DNA of 64,000 nucleotides, taken from NCBI GenBank assembly GCA_002269645.1, contig NIVC01003250.1, forward strand, positions 45,117 to 109,116, given 5' to 3'. A program made the position numbers and the translations under genes. The stretch's first letter is position 1. Each line of letters begins with the position of its first letter. Shown here in pieces: positions 60,969-64,000 of this stretch. The notes under the pieces were generated by a model. The model worked only from the letters and a program-made list of their open reading frames with translations, was not told where the DNA came from and searched no databases. This DNA is from Macrostomum lignano. Lineage: Eukaryota.

Positions 60969-63900
60969 CAGGCATGGTGACTAAGAACATTTTATTGGCA
61001 TAAAAATCATTTGCTCAGGGTGCGCATTACAAAATCGCCAACAGAGGTGTTGAGTAGTGCGAGCGGTCAAGGGTGGAGCGGGCAGTGCTGCGCAAACAGA
61101 GCAGTCCCCGCCGCGTGGCCGCCCCGGTGTTTGCAGACGAGGTCCGGGCGAGGGTGCGAATTGATGCGTTCGGGATTAGCGAGGCTCATTCGCGGCACTT
61201 CATCCGCAACTCGTCCCGGGCGCGCAAGTGTGAAAGGGAGACCCCCCGGCCCAAATCTCGTTCTGTTTAAGCTCACACAAATGAGTATAATAAGCGTGTG
61301 AGGGGAGGGGCAATGGCCGACACACTGTTTGGCTAAGAGCTCCCTGGCCACCGCGAGAGAGTGAGAACAGGCAAATAGGGCAGGCAGGGTTGGTTGGTAG
61401 CTCTTTAAGTGAGAGTGACGACGGTCAGGAAGGGCCCGGATTGGCCAAGGCTGATTGGGCCATTCTGTGCAGGGGGGAGGGGGGCAATTTAGATTCATCT
61501 GGTTAGAGGGAAAAGCTTCAGAGAGGGAGGTGGCTTGCTTGCTACTCTGCTTCTAGTTCTCACCTTTTATTCGTTTGCAAACAGACGTCGGACGCAGAGC
61601 TTCTGTCTTCTCCCATTGACCAGCGGCCGATCAGCATTCGTCCTAACATTGACTAATAGCTCGCGAGCTACAGGTTTTTCAATAATCAAACAAACGGGTA
61701 AAAAAGACAATTCAGCAGCAAGTATGATGGTCTCGCCGGGAACTCTGAATAGTGAGAATGGAATGACGCTCAGCCAGAGCATGGACAGCGTGAACACCTG
61801 CGGCGGCGAAGAAGAGGTGAGAAAGGCTGTTATTGAGGCAAAATCAGCTGTACATCCTGTATGAGCGTTTGTGTGCTCAGAATAACCGCTTGTCTCATCT
61901 TGGCTCATCTTGCCTGAGCGACGCGCAGAACCAACCGCCACTAGGGCTCTGAATTGTTCTCCCGTGAGGCATGTAAAATTTTATGTCATGCTACGAGTTC
62001 AGAAGGGCTTCAACCCTTTCCCCTGATTGATGAGTCATCACTTCAGTTTGGGACAAAGGTCAGTTTTTCGGTCTTAGTTTGCGGATTAAATATCAACCTT
62101 ACCAGGCTGTCTTACATGTAACTAACACACTACTGCAGACGTGACCGTCGATTCCGGTCCATTAGCCTTGCCACTCTTGCATTACTTTGTTGTCGCTTGG
62201 GTCTGAAGTGACAGCTATGCAGTGTGTGTGTCTTGCTCCCCAGTCACTCAGTGCGCTCCCCAACAGCACCTCCAGCTGGGAGGCGAGACATTTTGGGATA
62301 GAGTTGTATAGGGCAAGGCAGGGCACAAAGAGCTGGCGGTGGCAACATCTTCCAGGCAGGCCGGGAACAACAGACAGGCAGGGAGTGCTCAAAAACTCCG
62401 TGGCATTATTAAGGGGAAAGAGAGAATTTCTGCAATTGTACGACAGAGAACAATTGTCACGCTTTCCTTTTAGGGCCAGACCTTGTGCTCAACTCTCTCT
62501 ATTTTGTCCACACTTCCCTCCGTGTCCACGGACAAGCTCAGCGCGCCCCTTATAGCCAGCAACTCCGCTCTCAACTTTCAAGGGCATATGCGCGCAAAAA
62601 GATTCATAATGCAAGTATAAGATAAAAAGCAACATATATGTATACATGGATATATATGAATCATAACCAAGCTCTACGCTAAGCTTCTCTCTCTCTCTTC
62701 ACGGCGCCATTGCCATTCTTCTTTTCCCTTCCACTCCAAACCCATTCTCGGTCAGTCCGCACTCGCGACACTCCACCTACTTCCGCTTGTGCCGCCGCTG
62801 CCGCAGAATGAGCGCATTAAGCCAGGCAAAGCTCCCAGGTGAACCCGCCAGTAAATAGGATTAATTGATGGTTAGCAATTGGTTTTAGCGTCAATTTGGT
62901 GCACTGATTTTGTAATGAAGTAAATCTTGTCGACCAATCTGCGCTACCAGTGTGTGTAGCTCGTATAGACTATAGGCTCGGAACCGATTCTTTAACTGAC
63001 ATTCTCGCCCAGACCAGCAGCCAGCTGAAGAAAATTGGCACGCTTATTGATGGAGAATGGAACCAAAAGAAAAAAATTAGGCAGAAGAGAGCAGCAGCTC
63101 AGTGTGGAAATGCGCCACGGCAGCGGCGGTCTCCGCCCACTCCCCCCCCCCCCCATCAGTCCCGTCTTCCCCCCGCCTGTCTTCGGCTGAGCACAGGAGG
63201 CCCCCTCCTTGGTCGGCAGGATTGCGGAGTGAGGCGGCTGGATGCATAATTGAACAGCAGCAGCCCGGGGAATCCCGCGTCACCTATGCGCCAGGCCCGA
63301 CGGGCTCTTCAACCTCATCGCCCAGCCACCCCCCCTGGCTATGCCCTGTACTCGGCACACTCCCGCCGTGTCGGAACAGCTGCGGAGTTTGTCCCCCATA
63401 TTGAATTCGATCTTTCTTCTGGCCGCACTGGCCGTCTGCTCACCCGCCTTCGCTCTACTTCCCAGCCTCTCCCGGTCCCTCCGCGCCCCCGCATTCAATG
63501 CTTTCTCCTCCCCGGCTCAGGTCCTGTCGCCGGCGTCTCTTCTCAACCAACCCCCTTCTGCTCTTCCACCTCCTCGTGTGCTCGGGCTCGGAACGGATGA
63601 GGCTAGAAGGGCTGTGTGGATTCTTTTTCTTTTAGCAGGATCCCCTCCTCCTGTCTGCCCGGCAGCGTAGAGCCTGGGGAGCCGGCTTCTCCGCCCTGTC
63701 TCCCCCTGTCTCTCTCTCTCAGACCTGAGCGTGCAAGTCAAACACATCACTGACGGCACGATAATTCGAATAGACTCAAATAATGCGCCCATTACCGACG
63801 GACATCAACAGGAGGAAAAGGGGGCGCATCAATCGAGGGGAAGATAGGTAGTTTTCCCGTCGCCATCCTGTCAGTGAAGCTGAGCTTCATCTGGCTCAAT

Positions 63901-64000
63901 CCTCTTTAAACTGAAATCTGTATTTGCTTTCGACTAGGGTAGTGCAGAGCAAACACACCGAGTACTGCAAGCACCGGTTTACCTTCTCTCAAATTTGCAG

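Overview
Eukaryotic (metazoan) genomic DNA: spliced genes with GT-AG introns, GC-rich low-complexity exons and dense unique minisatellites. The style fits a free-living flatworm such as Macrostomum (inference, not verified). Six genes were reconstructed by hand: NTAN1 (minus, 3 exons), an apparently intronless EGFR/ErbB receptor kinase broken by two compensating 1-nt frameshifts, a GABA-A beta-like/LCCH3 Cys-loop subunit (minus, 8 exons), RPL29 (minus), TMEM145 (plus, 9 exons) and a GH37 trehalase (minus, 3 exons). Mobile DNA includes a tRNA-headed SINE family (3 long copies plus 2 relatives sharing a hairpin core), a CORE-like SINE, an internally deleted PIF/Harbinger, two MITEs and two nested 5'-truncated Ingi/I-type LINE fragments. 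About 25 tandem arrays are present. Best leads: a His-to-Lys change at the NTAN1 catalytic histidine, a strong CpG-decay signature in AT-rich domains, nested LINE insertions into CAA tails, the intronless EGFR, and an unannotated multi-exon membrane-protein candidate upstream of RPL29. No prokaryote-type system (CRISPR etc.) is supported.
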